Assembly (NCBI GenBank): GCA_013695595.1
Contig: JACDAE010000804.1
Coordinates: forward strand, 2,764-66,763
Length of the DNA stretch: 64,000 nt
Reading direction: 5' to 3'
Origin: Ktedonobacteraceae bacterium
GTDB lineage: Bacteria; Chloroflexota; Ktedonobacteria; Ktedonobacterales; Ktedonobacteraceae
Shown here piece after piece: positions 44,113 through 52,564 of the stretch. Each line of letters starts with the position of its first letter. Within the stretch, counting starts at the first letter, position 1. Made by a program: the position numbers and the translations under genes. The notes beneath the pieces are model-generated. The model had not been told where the DNA came from and did no database searches. It saw only the letters and a list, made by a program, of their open reading frames with translations.

Positions 44113-44442
44113 ATGCCAACCCTCAAACCGGGCCAGAAGCAATATCAATTGGTATTAGTGGAAGGATCACTCACTCAGACAACGCTTCTGGATTGGGCAA
44201 GGGATCGAGGACTCAGCCCAGGCAAGGCGGCGCGGGTAGTTCTTACCGATTGGTCCGACGCCATGAATGGCAAACCAAATCCTTTTGCCATCGCCATCGC
44301 AGCCGCAGGTATGGGAAATCTGCCACTTGCACAGACAGCAGAACCCATACAAGCAACTCCTCAAGAGCAGATGCTCAGTCCAGAGGAAAAGGCACAGAAG
44401 GCAGCGATGGAGGAAGCCGACGCACAATTTTTGTTCATGTAA
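44113..44442 (+). CDS. ribbon-helix-helix-like adaptor (ParR-like candidate)
   Basis: KQYQLVLVEGSLTQTTLLDWARDRGLSPGKAARVVL; starts 3 nt after actin-like stop. Confidence 0.45.
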   Translation: MPTLKPGQKQYQLVLVEGSLTQTTLLDWARDRGLSPGKAARVVLTDWSDAMNGKPNPFAIAIAAAGMGNLPLAQTAEPIQATPQEQMLSPEEKAQKAAMEEADAQFLFM

Positions 44443-44496
44443 TAGCCCCTGGAAATGGCCCCCACCATTTCCAGGTACAACACACATCATATTTTC

Positions 44497-44518
44497 ACGG
44501 AAACGGCTGTTTCCACAA
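44497..44518. promoter_or_regulatory. S-site 16 (variant)
   Basis: CACGGAAACGGCTGTTTCCACA. Confidence 0.45.
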
Positions 44519-44542
44519 AACGTAGAGTAAACACGAGAGAAA

Positions 44543-45856
44543 GTGAGAACAACCATGATCAGCAGCGCCCAAGCCCTATCAACTCGTCGCAGCAGAACGC
44601 TACCATATACAACTCCGCGCCTCAGTCCCAGATTGATCATTGTCGCAGGCAGTATCTGCTTTCTCCTGTTAATTGTTGCCGTTGTTACCCATCTGGGAAC
44701 ATACAGCGTCACACCGGCACGTTTTGTTGCACGAGCGGACGTGCAATCAATAGGAATTGCTAAACTTCAGACAACAGTAGCTACCAGTCAGCTAAGACCC
44801 ACTACGATTAACGCGTCAAAAGCCTTAAAACGCATTGACCAGACCAGCGTTGACCAATATGCGAATCAGCAGGAGTACAACTCCTGGTGGCCGAGCGCCT
44901 GCAGCACAGCCAGTATGACGGCGGTATTCAACTCCTACGGCCACAACTACAGGATCACGGACATCCTAAAAGTTGAGTCCGGCATCGGAGCCATCACCCC
45001 CAATCAGGGACTACTCGACCCAGAGGGCATTGACCAGACAGCAAGCAAATTTGGCTTCAACACGCAGAACCTCAATAATCCAACACTCGATCAAATGGTT
45101 ACCATCGCCAATAGTGGGAAACCTGTCATCATCTCCTTCCCACCACCTGTCTTGGGAGGGCACTGGGAGGGTGGACACCTCCTGATTGCCTTGGGGGGCA
45201 CCACCATCAATGGTGTGAAGTATGTCCACCTGGCCGACTCCTCACGCTTGAACATGCAATACATGGCAGTCGGCGATAGCACAACACCGAGAACCTTTCT
45301 CTACTACTGGCAAGGCTTTGCAAAAATCCTCACACCTAGTGTTCCTGCAAAACCACCAGCACGTAGCACCTCCTCAAGTAACGCATCCTATAGCGTCATC
45401 GGGAAACCGACAGTGAGTGCAGACTTCATCAACCGTGTGTTTGCAAGCTATAACTCACCAGCAGCGAGGAAAGGGCAGGCACTCTACGACCTGGGCGTAC
45501 AGTATGGAATTGACCCGGCCTTTGCTCTGGCATTCTTTCTGCATGAAAGCTCCTTTGGAACCGCAGGAGAGGCGACAAAAACCCTGTCATTGGGAAACCT
45601 TCGCTGCTATGACGGTGCTACCTGTGTGGATCAGGATCGTGGTGGATACGCCGCCTACTCGAGTTGGGAGGAAGGCTTCCAGGCGTGGTACGAACTAATC
45701 CGCAACTACTATATAGCACAGAGGGGACTGACAACGGTCGATATGATCATTCCCGTATATGCTCCGACTGCTGATCATAACGATGAAGCTGCCTATATTG
45801 CATCACTCAAGCATGCACTCGACACTTGGCACTCAGGTCAGGTCGCCGTGCAGTAA
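44543..45856 (+). CDS. membrane-anchored peptidoglycan hydrolase (C39-like peptidase + glucosaminidase-like domain)
   Basis: TM; WWPSACSTASMTAVFNSYG; GIDPAFALAFFLHESSFGT. Confidence 0.65.
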   Translation: MRTTMISSAQALSTRRSRTLPYTTPRLSPRLIIVAGSICFLLLIVAVVTHLGTYSVTPARFVARADVQSIGIAKLQTTVATSQLRPTTINASKALKRIDQTSVDQYANQQEYNSWWPSACSTASMTAVFNSYGHNYRITDILKVESGIGAITPNQGLLDPEGIDQTASKFGFNTQNLNNPTLDQMVTIANSGKPVIISFPPPVLGGHWEGGHLLIALGGTTINGVKYVHLADSSRLNMQYMAVGDSTTPRTFLYYWQGFAKILTPSVPAKPPARSTSSSNASYSVIGKPTVSADFINRVFASYNSPAARKGQALYDLGVQYGIDPAFALAFFLHESSFGTAGEATKTLSLGNLRCYDGATCVDQDRGGYAAYSSWEEGFQAWYELIRNYYIAQRGLTTVDMIIPVYAPTADHNDEAAYIASLKHALDTWHSGQVAVQ

Positions 45857-45893
45857 TACGAAAACAAAGCAAGCATGGAAAAAGGAGGGCAGT

Positions 45894-46523
45894 ATGGACA
45901 CTCAGACACCAGAGAGAACAATTCAGGTACAGCAAGAAAAAACAGGCAATCCTACCTTTGAAGAGAGTTGGCAACAGTATTACTCCCATATTCTTGCTTA
46001 TACCATCCGATGGGTAAAGAACCCTCAAATCGCCGAAGACCTGACACAAACCATCTTTTTCTGTGCGTGGCGGGCATGGTCAAGACTCAAATCCGGCAGC
46101 GAGATACACAACTGGTTGATCACTATCGCATCCAACACCATACGCAACTACTTTATACACACACAGCGTAAACCCTGGCATTCGTTGGAAGAAACGCTCG
46201 AAGAGACGGACACGCCCCTAGAAATACAGGCAGACACCGACATCGAGGAGGGCTATCTTCAGCAGGAGGCTATCCAGGAGATCCAAAAAAAGGTCCGAGA
46301 CGCTCTTGACCGTATTCCTGAGCAATTTCGCCAAGCGCTTCTTTTATTTGCTGAAGGATATAGTCATCGCGAAATCGCCGAAGAGACGGGGACCCCAACA
46401 GGCACCGCACTCTCACGAGTGTACCGGGGCAGAACCGCCCTTGCGAAAGAACTCCACAAAATGGAACAACCGCTCATAGAAGTCACCTGTTCAGAAAGGA
46501 GGGACGGATGTTCGACTCTATAA
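45894..46523 (+). CDS. ECF (sigma-24) sigma factor
   Basis: Region 2 AEDLTQTIFFCAWRAWSRL, region 4 REIAEETGTPTGTALSRVYRGRTAL; SD AAGGAGG. Confidence 0.8.
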   Translation: MDTQTPERTIQVQQEKTGNPTFEESWQQYYSHILAYTIRWVKNPQIAEDLTQTIFFCAWRAWSRLKSGSEIHNWLITIASNTIRNYFIHTQRKPWHSLEETLEETDTPLEIQADTDIEEGYLQQEAIQEIQKKVRDALDRIPEQFRQALLLFAEGYSHREIAEETGTPTGTALSRVYRGRTALAKELHKMEQPLIEVTCSERRDGCSTL

Positions 46524-46720
46524 GGAGACTCTTTTCCAACTCGACAGAAAGCCCGATCATTCCCCCAGGACAGATTATGGAGCATCGCGGCTCCTATACC
46601 GTCTATGCACGCACCTTCAGAGAACCGGGATCAGGGGAAAACGCATCGCTGATGACCTCAGAGATCATCCACGTGCGCCGGGGACACAAGCCCCCCGGAA
46701 GGGGATGGAGAAAATGCTAA
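46508..46720 (+). CDS. hypothetical small protein overlapping ECF sigma stop
   Basis: 70-aa ORF; position typical of anti-sigma but no motif. Confidence 0.3.
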   Translation: MFDSIRRLFSNSTESPIIPPGQIMEHRGSYTVYARTFREPGSGENASLMTSEIIHVRRGHKPPGRGWRKC

Positions 46721-46780
46721 GTGTGGAACCGACCACACCAAACACGTTGAACAGCCACCCATGGAGTGCATGACACGATC

Positions 46781-46802
46781 AAAGGAAACGGGCGTTTCCC
46801 AA
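46781..46802. promoter_or_regulatory. S-site 11 (variant)
   Basis: AAAGGAAACGGGCGTTTCCCAA. Confidence 0.5.
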
Positions 46803-46846
46803 AACGGGAACTACACCTATCAATTATTATTCAGAAAGGAACACCA

Positions 46847-48286
46847 ATGTTAGACACACTTGAAACCACCTTCTTTCCAGACATCGACAGACCAGATAGG
46901 TCAGTGCAACGAAACTGGTTCCTCAATAACCACGCTATTGCCCTAGCAGCGATCAAACGCCTCTGGGAAGAAAAAGGCTATTCTGAGACACCTATCATTT
47001 TTCAAACGAAAGGTGCGACGAAGACGTACCACCCGGCACTCCTGGACAAAACAGTCCAACGCGTTCGTAGGCTCAAAAACTCATCAGGAAAGTTACTTGC
47101 ATGGGAACTCCTACCAGCACCCCCCTATGCGGGAGAAATCGGGAATGTTACCGTGCACGACGGCTTTTACGAGTCCAACCTGCATAGTCGCGCAGGCAGT
47201 CACGACAAAAACACGGTTGCTGGCCCCGTTCTCGAAGGGTGGTTCTCATTCACGTTTGAGGATTGGTCTGCCCTCTCCGTTCGCCTTTCCGACGACGACG
47301 AAAGCGAGGCACTGGCACTCACCATACTCCCGGCAGGCCGAGAAGACGACTGGCTTGCATTCGAGGAGCATCTGAGAACAACCACCTACCGTATCCTGAG
47401 CCGCACACGAAGAAGCCGCATTGATATCATCGGCACACCGAGCGAGGGACGATGGAGTATCAAAGAAGAAATCACCAAAACGACGCTTGAGCAGGTCATT
47501 CTGCCACCTGAACTGATTGAACGTGTTATGAGCCAAAGGATCATCTTTAAACCAGAGATCCTACAGCGCTACGAGGCGCTACGCGTCCCACGACTCCGCA
47601 AAATTCTCTTGATTGGACCTCCGGGCACCGGAAAAACGACCCTCGTGAAGGCGATTGCAGCAGAACACCAGAGACTAGGCGGCTACGTTGCCTATGTTTT
47701 CGCAGACGAAAACCCCGACCGATCCTGGAACTACCTGAGACACGCATTAGACTCAACTGTTATGAGCAAGCTTCCCTCCCTCGTGGTCGTCGAAGACCTG
47801 GAGAACTTTGTCGCCAAAGATGAGCATATGCAAGCCGTCCTCAATGTGCTCGATGGGGTCTCAACACCCGACAATCCAGCAGGCACACTTTTACTGGCAA
47901 CCACCAATGCACCAGATCGCATCGACCGACGCATTACACAACGCCCTGGCCGCATCGATGTCCTGATCGAGATCGGGGCAATTAAGGACGAACCCGTTGC
48001 TATACGGTTCCTTCAACGGTTCCTTGCAACCTCTTACAATGCCGAGGTACATAACCAGATTGCACGCAAACTCATCGGGCAGGTAGGAAGTCACGTCAGA
48101 GAAATCTGCCTTCTTGCTTCAATCAGAGCCGTTGAACAGGAACAAGACCAGATCACCTACGACGAACTGCTCTGGGCACACAATGCTCTTCTGGAAGGCC
48201 GCAAAGCCGCAGCCGACATGGACACCTGTGAGCCACCGAAGGCAACCGGCAACGCCTCTCTTGGTTTCGGAAAAGACAAAAAATAA
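46847..48286 (+). CDS. classic-clade AAA ATPase with unrecognised about 260-aa N-terminal domain
   Basis: LLIGPPGTGKTTL, VVVEDLENF, LLATTNAPDRIDRRITQRPGRID; leader GAAAGGAACACCAATG. Confidence 0.8.
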   Translation: MLDTLETTFFPDIDRPDRSVQRNWFLNNHAIALAAIKRLWEEKGYSETPIIFQTKGATKTYHPALLDKTVQRVRRLKNSSGKLLAWELLPAPPYAGEIGNVTVHDGFYESNLHSRAGSHDKNTVAGPVLEGWFSFTFEDWSALSVRLSDDDESEALALTILPAGREDDWLAFEEHLRTTTYRILSRTRRSRIDIIGTPSEGRWSIKEEITKTTLEQVILPPELIERVMSQRIIFKPEILQRYEALRVPRLRKILLIGPPGTGKTTLVKAIAAEHQRLGGYVAYVFADENPDRSWNYLRHALDSTVMSKLPSLVVVEDLENFVAKDEHMQAVLNVLDGVSTPDNPAGTLLLATTNAPDRIDRRITQRPGRIDVLIEIGAIKDEPVAIRFLQRFLATSYNAEVHNQIARKLIGQVGSHVREICLLASIRAVEQEQDQITYDELLWAHNALLEGRKAAADMDTCEPPKATGNASLGFGKDKK

Positions 48287-48457
48287 ACAGAAAAGTACAG
48301 GCACACGCTACCAATAATCTTAAAACAGCCCTGACTGAGCGGAACCCGCCGCCGAAATGACTGTAGGCCCGACACCTACCCAGGGCATCACCAACCGGGC
48401 TAAGCGCACTCGGAAGGGCAGTAACAAAAAGCGCTCTTTAGAGAGAAGGAGAAACAC

Positions 48458-48664
48458 ATGCGGTTACACGTCACACAGGCATCAGATCAGCAGCTTGCAG
48501 ACAACGAAGTAGAACAATTGATCGGAGGTCCAGCCAGCCAGGTCGTGGTCAACGGAAACAAAACCGTCGTTTTTGGGCCAGAGGGGGAAAATCCCGATGA
48601 CACTCTTGCAAGAGAAGCGTTTGAGGCGGGACGCATCGTAGGACATGGTACACAGTACCGATAA
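48458..48664 (+). CDS. hypothetical protein
   Basis: 68-aa ORF with SD. Confidence 0.45.
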   Translation: MRLHVTQASDQQLADNEVEQLIGGPASQVVVNGNKTVVFGPEGENPDDTLAREAFEAGRIVGHGTQYR

Positions 48665-48686
48665 ATAATAGTTAGCACCAATACAG

Positions 48687-49355
48687 ATGAAAGGAATGAT
48701 CATGGCAACAGTAATATCAAACGTTCAGGAAGAGAAAAAGGGAGCAGGAGCTACACCACAGGTACGCGATACGTTGGTTATCTGGTATCACCAGATGGAC
48801 CAGAACTTGTTGTTGACCCTGGACCCACATCTTCAGGTACTTGCCTTGCGCCTGAATAATCGTTTTCAGCTCAATTACTTCTGCTCTCCAAAGGACATCC
48901 CACAACCGCCTATGGAGAAGGATAGCTCATACATGCGAGAGCAGAAAGAAGAGGCAGTCAAGCACTACCAGGGCAAATATGCGGGGATCATGCAGAGTTT
49001 TTCACGGGCAGCACTGTTCCTGCCATGCGTGTCTCCAGCCTTTATGCTTCAGTTTTGGAAAGACTATGAGCGCGATCCACAGCTACAGGCATACCTTACG
49101 CAACCCACCTTTCCCATTCTACCCATTCCAACGCGCCCAATGGCAGGAGTGACTACTCCCTATCTTGAGAAGCCCTTATCCACATATGCCGAGGGGCACG
49201 AGCGCGAAACGGCATGTGCGACGGTTGCCACCAGCATTGAAGCAGCTTTGTTGAAATTCTACCCGGTTGAGAGATCAATCCAGGCTCCATTTCTGATGCT
49301 GGAAGCACCACGTACCATAAAGCGTTCACGCTTCTTTTCATTCAAAAATTTGTAG
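48687..49355 (+). CDS. hypothetical protein
   Basis: 222-aa ORF. Confidence 0.5.
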   Translation: MKGMIMATVISNVQEEKKGAGATPQVRDTLVIWYHQMDQNLLLTLDPHLQVLALRLNNRFQLNYFCSPKDIPQPPMEKDSSYMREQKEEAVKHYQGKYAGIMQSFSRAALFLPCVSPAFMLQFWKDYERDPQLQAYLTQPTFPILPIPTRPMAGVTTPYLEKPLSTYAEGHERETACATVATSIEAALLKFYPVERSIQAPFLMLEAPRTIKRSRFFSFKNL

Positions 49356-49496
49356 ATGTAGTCACCAAGAGACAAAAAAAAGGCGGCCACCTGTGTGTTT
49401 GCGAGACCCCAGGAGTATTGACCGCCTGAGCGGAGCGCCGCTACTAGAGATAGTATACGGTGCATTTCACAAGAGAGCAAGCGGAGGCACCTAGCT

Positions 49497-49682
49497 ATGA
49501 ACATACCACCACCTAATGACAACCAGCAATCCACTATGGATGGCCCATGCGAAGCAGAATTCACGGATGCAGAGGTCTCAACCCTGCATACGAATGGCCT
49601 GATTAGCCGCGCCGAAGCCGATGTCTATAACATCATCGCCGACTTCAACGACGGGCAAGGAGGCATCTCATGCTACACGTAA
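49497..49682 (+). CDS. hypothetical small protein
   Basis: 61-aa ORF. Confidence 0.3.
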   Translation: MNIPPPNDNQQSTMDGPCEAEFTDAEVSTLHTNGLISRAEADVYNIIADFNDGQGGISCYT

Positions 49683-49779
49683 GCGAGCGTATCCACTGCA
49701 TCCTGTGGAGCAGCCCATTTCTAAAGGAGGTTGCAGGATGATACCAACGGGAAGAGGAGTGAGACTCACCATCTTTTGT

Positions 49780-49925
49780 ACCATTCTGGGTGGGAGAAAT
49801 AGGGAGAATATCTCCCCATCCTCCCCCCAGTGGGGGAACCTGATTTCTCACTGGCGTTTCTCCCTGAGTGTTCACAGAACCGCAACACTTCTCCTCCCCC
49901 CTCTGTCCCCCCAATGGGGGAATAA
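49780..49925 (+). other. G/C-hairpin element C
   Basis: TCCCCCCAGTGGGGGA (49822) and TCCCCCCAATGGGGGA (49906); ATATCTCCCCA and GTTTCTCCCT shared with element A. Confidence 0.45.
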
Positions 49926-49942
49926 GTGAAAGGCATGACGCA

Positions 49943-50323
49943 ATGAGCCTTGATACGCAGCTTCCTGAAGGCCATACCGGGCGATTCACTTCACCCGACC
50001 TGAAATTACGCGACTCGAAGACCATGTGGGGACCGCTACAAATCTCTATTCATTGTCATCGACAAAGCGCGGAGCTTGGCTATCAGGCCGGGGAAGAAGC
50101 GTATCAAGAGGTGGTTCGCAGATTTGGGCAGGGCACGATCAGTGCTGATACCCTGGAGCGATTTATGACCTGTTATCTCACCACGCCTAGATATCGTCCG
50201 CGCATCATCACCGAAAAGATTGTCGCAGAATGGAAGGCGCTGTTTGTCCTGGGGTGGAGCAATCAGCTGCTCCAGGATCTGACGCACAGAGATACAGACG
50301 ACCTTACTAACACGCACTTGTAG
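49943..50323 (+). CDS. hypothetical protein
   Basis: ORF 49868..50323, ATG 49943 lies after element C. Confidence 0.45.
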   Translation: MSLDTQLPEGHTGRFTSPDLKLRDSKTMWGPLQISIHCHRQSAELGYQAGEEAYQEVVRRFGQGTISADTLERFMTCYLTTPRYRPRIITEKIVAEWKALFVLGWSNQLLQDLTHRDTDDLTNTHL

Positions 50324-50441
50324 AAAAAAAGCGGCGGTCAGGACCACCAAATTTAAAAGACCTGAACCGCCCATACGGAAGACCGCTTTGTAGTAAGTAT
50401 AACACAAGGCCCTTCCGTCCAACGCATGAAAGGAAGACGCT

Positions 50442-50738
50442 ATGGATTCTTATGATCAACCTCCTACCCATCCTATGTTCGCCAGTGCCGCCATCGCAAA
50501 GCGCTACCAGGACGGTCACATCACCAGACTGGATGCTGAACTGGCTGATATCTTGCAAACCCAGCAAGAGCCGCTGAACTGCGTTGCCATCATTTGTGCT
50601 GGAGAGGTCATCCCAATTTTTGACCTGACTATCCCACAGCAGCCAACCACTATACAGGAACGCCTGGCAATCTGTCAGCACGCCGCACGAGCGCTGATCG
50701 ACATACTCGCCGCCATACTCGAACAGTGGAAACCCTGA
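50442..50738 (+). CDS. hypothetical protein
   Basis: 98-aa ORF, SD GAAAGGAAG. Confidence 0.5.
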   Translation: MDSYDQPPTHPMFASAAIAKRYQDGHITRLDAELADILQTQQEPLNCVAIICAGEVIPIFDLTIPQQPTTIQERLAICQHAARALIDILAAILEQWKP

Positions 50739-50747
50739 GCACTGCCC

Positions 50748-50770
50748 ATACAAAAACGGGCGTTTCTAGA
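50748..50770. promoter_or_regulatory. S-site 12
   Basis: ATACAAAAACGGGCGTTTCTAGA. Confidence 0.6.
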
Positions 50771-50792
50771 CATGATAGGAGCAAGATCGTCA

Positions 50793-51383
50793 ATGGCCAT
50801 ACCAGCACTCTTATTTTTGACCGAGAAGGAATGGGACGAACTCAAACGCGCCTGCAAAGAGCGGGCCGGATGGAGATGTGAATATATCTATCCAAGCGGA
50901 AAGCGCTGCACTTCCCATGAGGGGCAAACCATCTGGAGAGGTGAGTACATCGTGGTCAATGGCAAACCACAAAAGAAGATCACGATCAGGCACGTCCATG
51001 GCTGTCACACTGGCAACGATCCCGAAAACCACAACCCGATCCTGGAGTGTCGTTGCCCACGGCACCATACGGAAGTGGATCGCAAGAATGAGAAGGCGGA
51101 GAAGCCAAGCTGGTACCGACGCGGCTACCAGATCACCACGACCGACAAACTTCTGGAGGAGGTGAATGCACGCGGAGTCAGGATTGAAGAGCAGGAGGAT
51201 GGGTACCACTGGCGCATTAGCGGAAGAGAGGACGATGGGAAGTGTACCACCGCTGTTGGTGCGGTCGGCGCAGTTATTCTAGATCTCAGCTATCTCCTGG
51301 AAATCAGGGAGCGCGAGTTGCAGGCCATCTCCCTGGAACTCGCGCAACTCCGGCAGCAATCCCAGACTTTTGATGAACTATAG
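50793..51383 (+). CDS. HNH-like endonuclease
   Basis: WRCEY...RHVHGCHTGNDPENHNPILECRCPRHH; ATG 50793 follows AGGAG (alternative ATG 50772 abuts S-site). Confidence 0.5.
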   Translation: MAIPALLFLTEKEWDELKRACKERAGWRCEYIYPSGKRCTSHEGQTIWRGEYIVVNGKPQKKITIRHVHGCHTGNDPENHNPILECRCPRHHTEVDRKNEKAEKPSWYRRGYQITTTDKLLEEVNARGVRIEEQEDGYHWRISGREDDGKCTTAVGAVGAVILDLSYLLEIRERELQAISLELAQLRQQSQTFDEL

Positions 51384-51391
51384 CAATTCAC

Positions 51392-52027
51392 ATGGATCTC
51401 TTATCTATCAGGAAGGAAAACTTTATGCAAGCAGTTATAACACAAATGTCAAATCAGCTCTGCCTTTGTGGGCATATTCTCCGTAGCGAGACCGAGCGCC
51501 TGCGAGGTCGCTGCATTGAATGTGGGCTACAAGATGACATGAATGAGCACACAGTGAGCACTCTGCTCACCTATGCGAAAGAGCAGGATCATTGCCTACA
51601 ACCTATCGTGCATATGGCACGCAAAGCAATCGCCGCCGAGCGGAAAGCAATGAGTTCCTTTTATAAAGAGCGCAGCATGTGCGAGGCGGATTTCCTCGAC
51701 GCCTATGAGTTGTGTGAGGCACTCACCTGCATCGCAAACGCCCTTTCGCAATGGGCCTACGTTGCAGCGCGACTCTGGTATGCACTGGAACTGGCTGGAG
51801 AGGATCACCAGCCTTACCTGCGTACACTCCATCTCTGGAGCACACAACAGTTCTCGCGCCTGCTCTCCATTCACCTCGCCATGCAGGCCAGCATCCAGGT
51901 ATTTTGCCGGGAGCGCAGCATCTTGCTTACCTTCAGCGTTGTAGACCAGGCGCTCGACCTTTCCGCACAAACCCACGCCCGTACAAAAACGGACGTTTCT
52001 AAAAGAATAGAAGCACTGGCCTACTAA
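51392..52027 (+). CDS. hypothetical protein with zinc-ribbon-like CLCGH...CIECG
   Basis: 211-aa ORF; last codons overlap S-site 13. Confidence 0.45.
   Translation: MDLLSIRKENFMQAVITQMSNQLCLCGHILRSETERLRGRCIECGLQDDMNEHTVSTLLTYAKEQDHCLQPIVHMARKAIAAERKAMSSFYKERSMCEADFLDAYELCEALTCIANALSQWAYVAARLWYALELAGEDHQPYLRTLHLWSTQQFSRLLSIHLAMQASIQVFCRERSILLTFSVVDQALDLSAQTHARTKTDVSKRIEALAY
51981..52003. promoter_or_regulatory. S-site 13
   Basis: GTACAAAAACGGACGTTTCTAAA. Confidence 0.55.
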
Positions 52028-52134
52028 CACGCGGACAGTGCTAGAACAAACGACACTTCTTATAAGGAGGTGCCTGGAGTTGACATCGGTCAAATAACGA
52101 TCACCACTATCCTTTATAGCACGGCAATACAATA

Positions 52135-52172
52135 TCAAGATAAACCTATACGTATAGGTATAGGTTTATCTT
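52135..52172. repeat. R-repeat 11
   Basis: CAAGATAAACCTATA-8-TATAGGTTTATCTTG, 15-bp perfect arms. Confidence 0.7.
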
Positions 52173-52214
52173 GAGCGTCAAAGCTAGCGATCGAGAAAGT
52201 AGAAAGGCACAGCA

Positions 52215-52538
52215 ATGCAGACCAACGAAACAAGCACCCAGGAGCAAGCCGCCATCGCCGAACTCACTACAAAGTGGGGCTATCGCGACATTTCCGCGCT
52301 CATCGTAGCATGGAAGAAACACATGGCAGAGCAGTATCGCGAAGACGCCGATACCACCACGTACCTTTGCGTCCTCCAGACTCCAGAGGGCGGACCAGTC
52401 TACTGCCGAACGGCAAAACGGCTTTTCAGGGAGCTTGAAACGGCCCAAGCTCGCAATGAGCCACATGAGCAGTCTCCCGCCCCGGACCCTGCACAAAATA
52501 TGTGGATGGTCGTTGGCAACTTCGACATTGAGGATTAA
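52215..52538 (+). CDS. hypothetical protein
   Basis: 107-aa ORF. Confidence 0.45.
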   Translation: MQTNETSTQEQAAIAELTTKWGYRDISALIVAWKKHMAEQYREDADTTTYLCVLQTPEGGPVYCRTAKRLFRELETAQARNEPHEQSPAPDPAQNMWMVVGNFDIED

Positions 52539-52564
52539 GGTAGCACGGACCAAAGAGGCAACGT

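Noticed and set aside
50307-50753. ORF 50307..50753 (-), 148 aa
   Set aside because: It overlaps + strand ORF 50442..50738, which has a good SD and fits operon direction. The minus ORF also reads through a strong hairpin.
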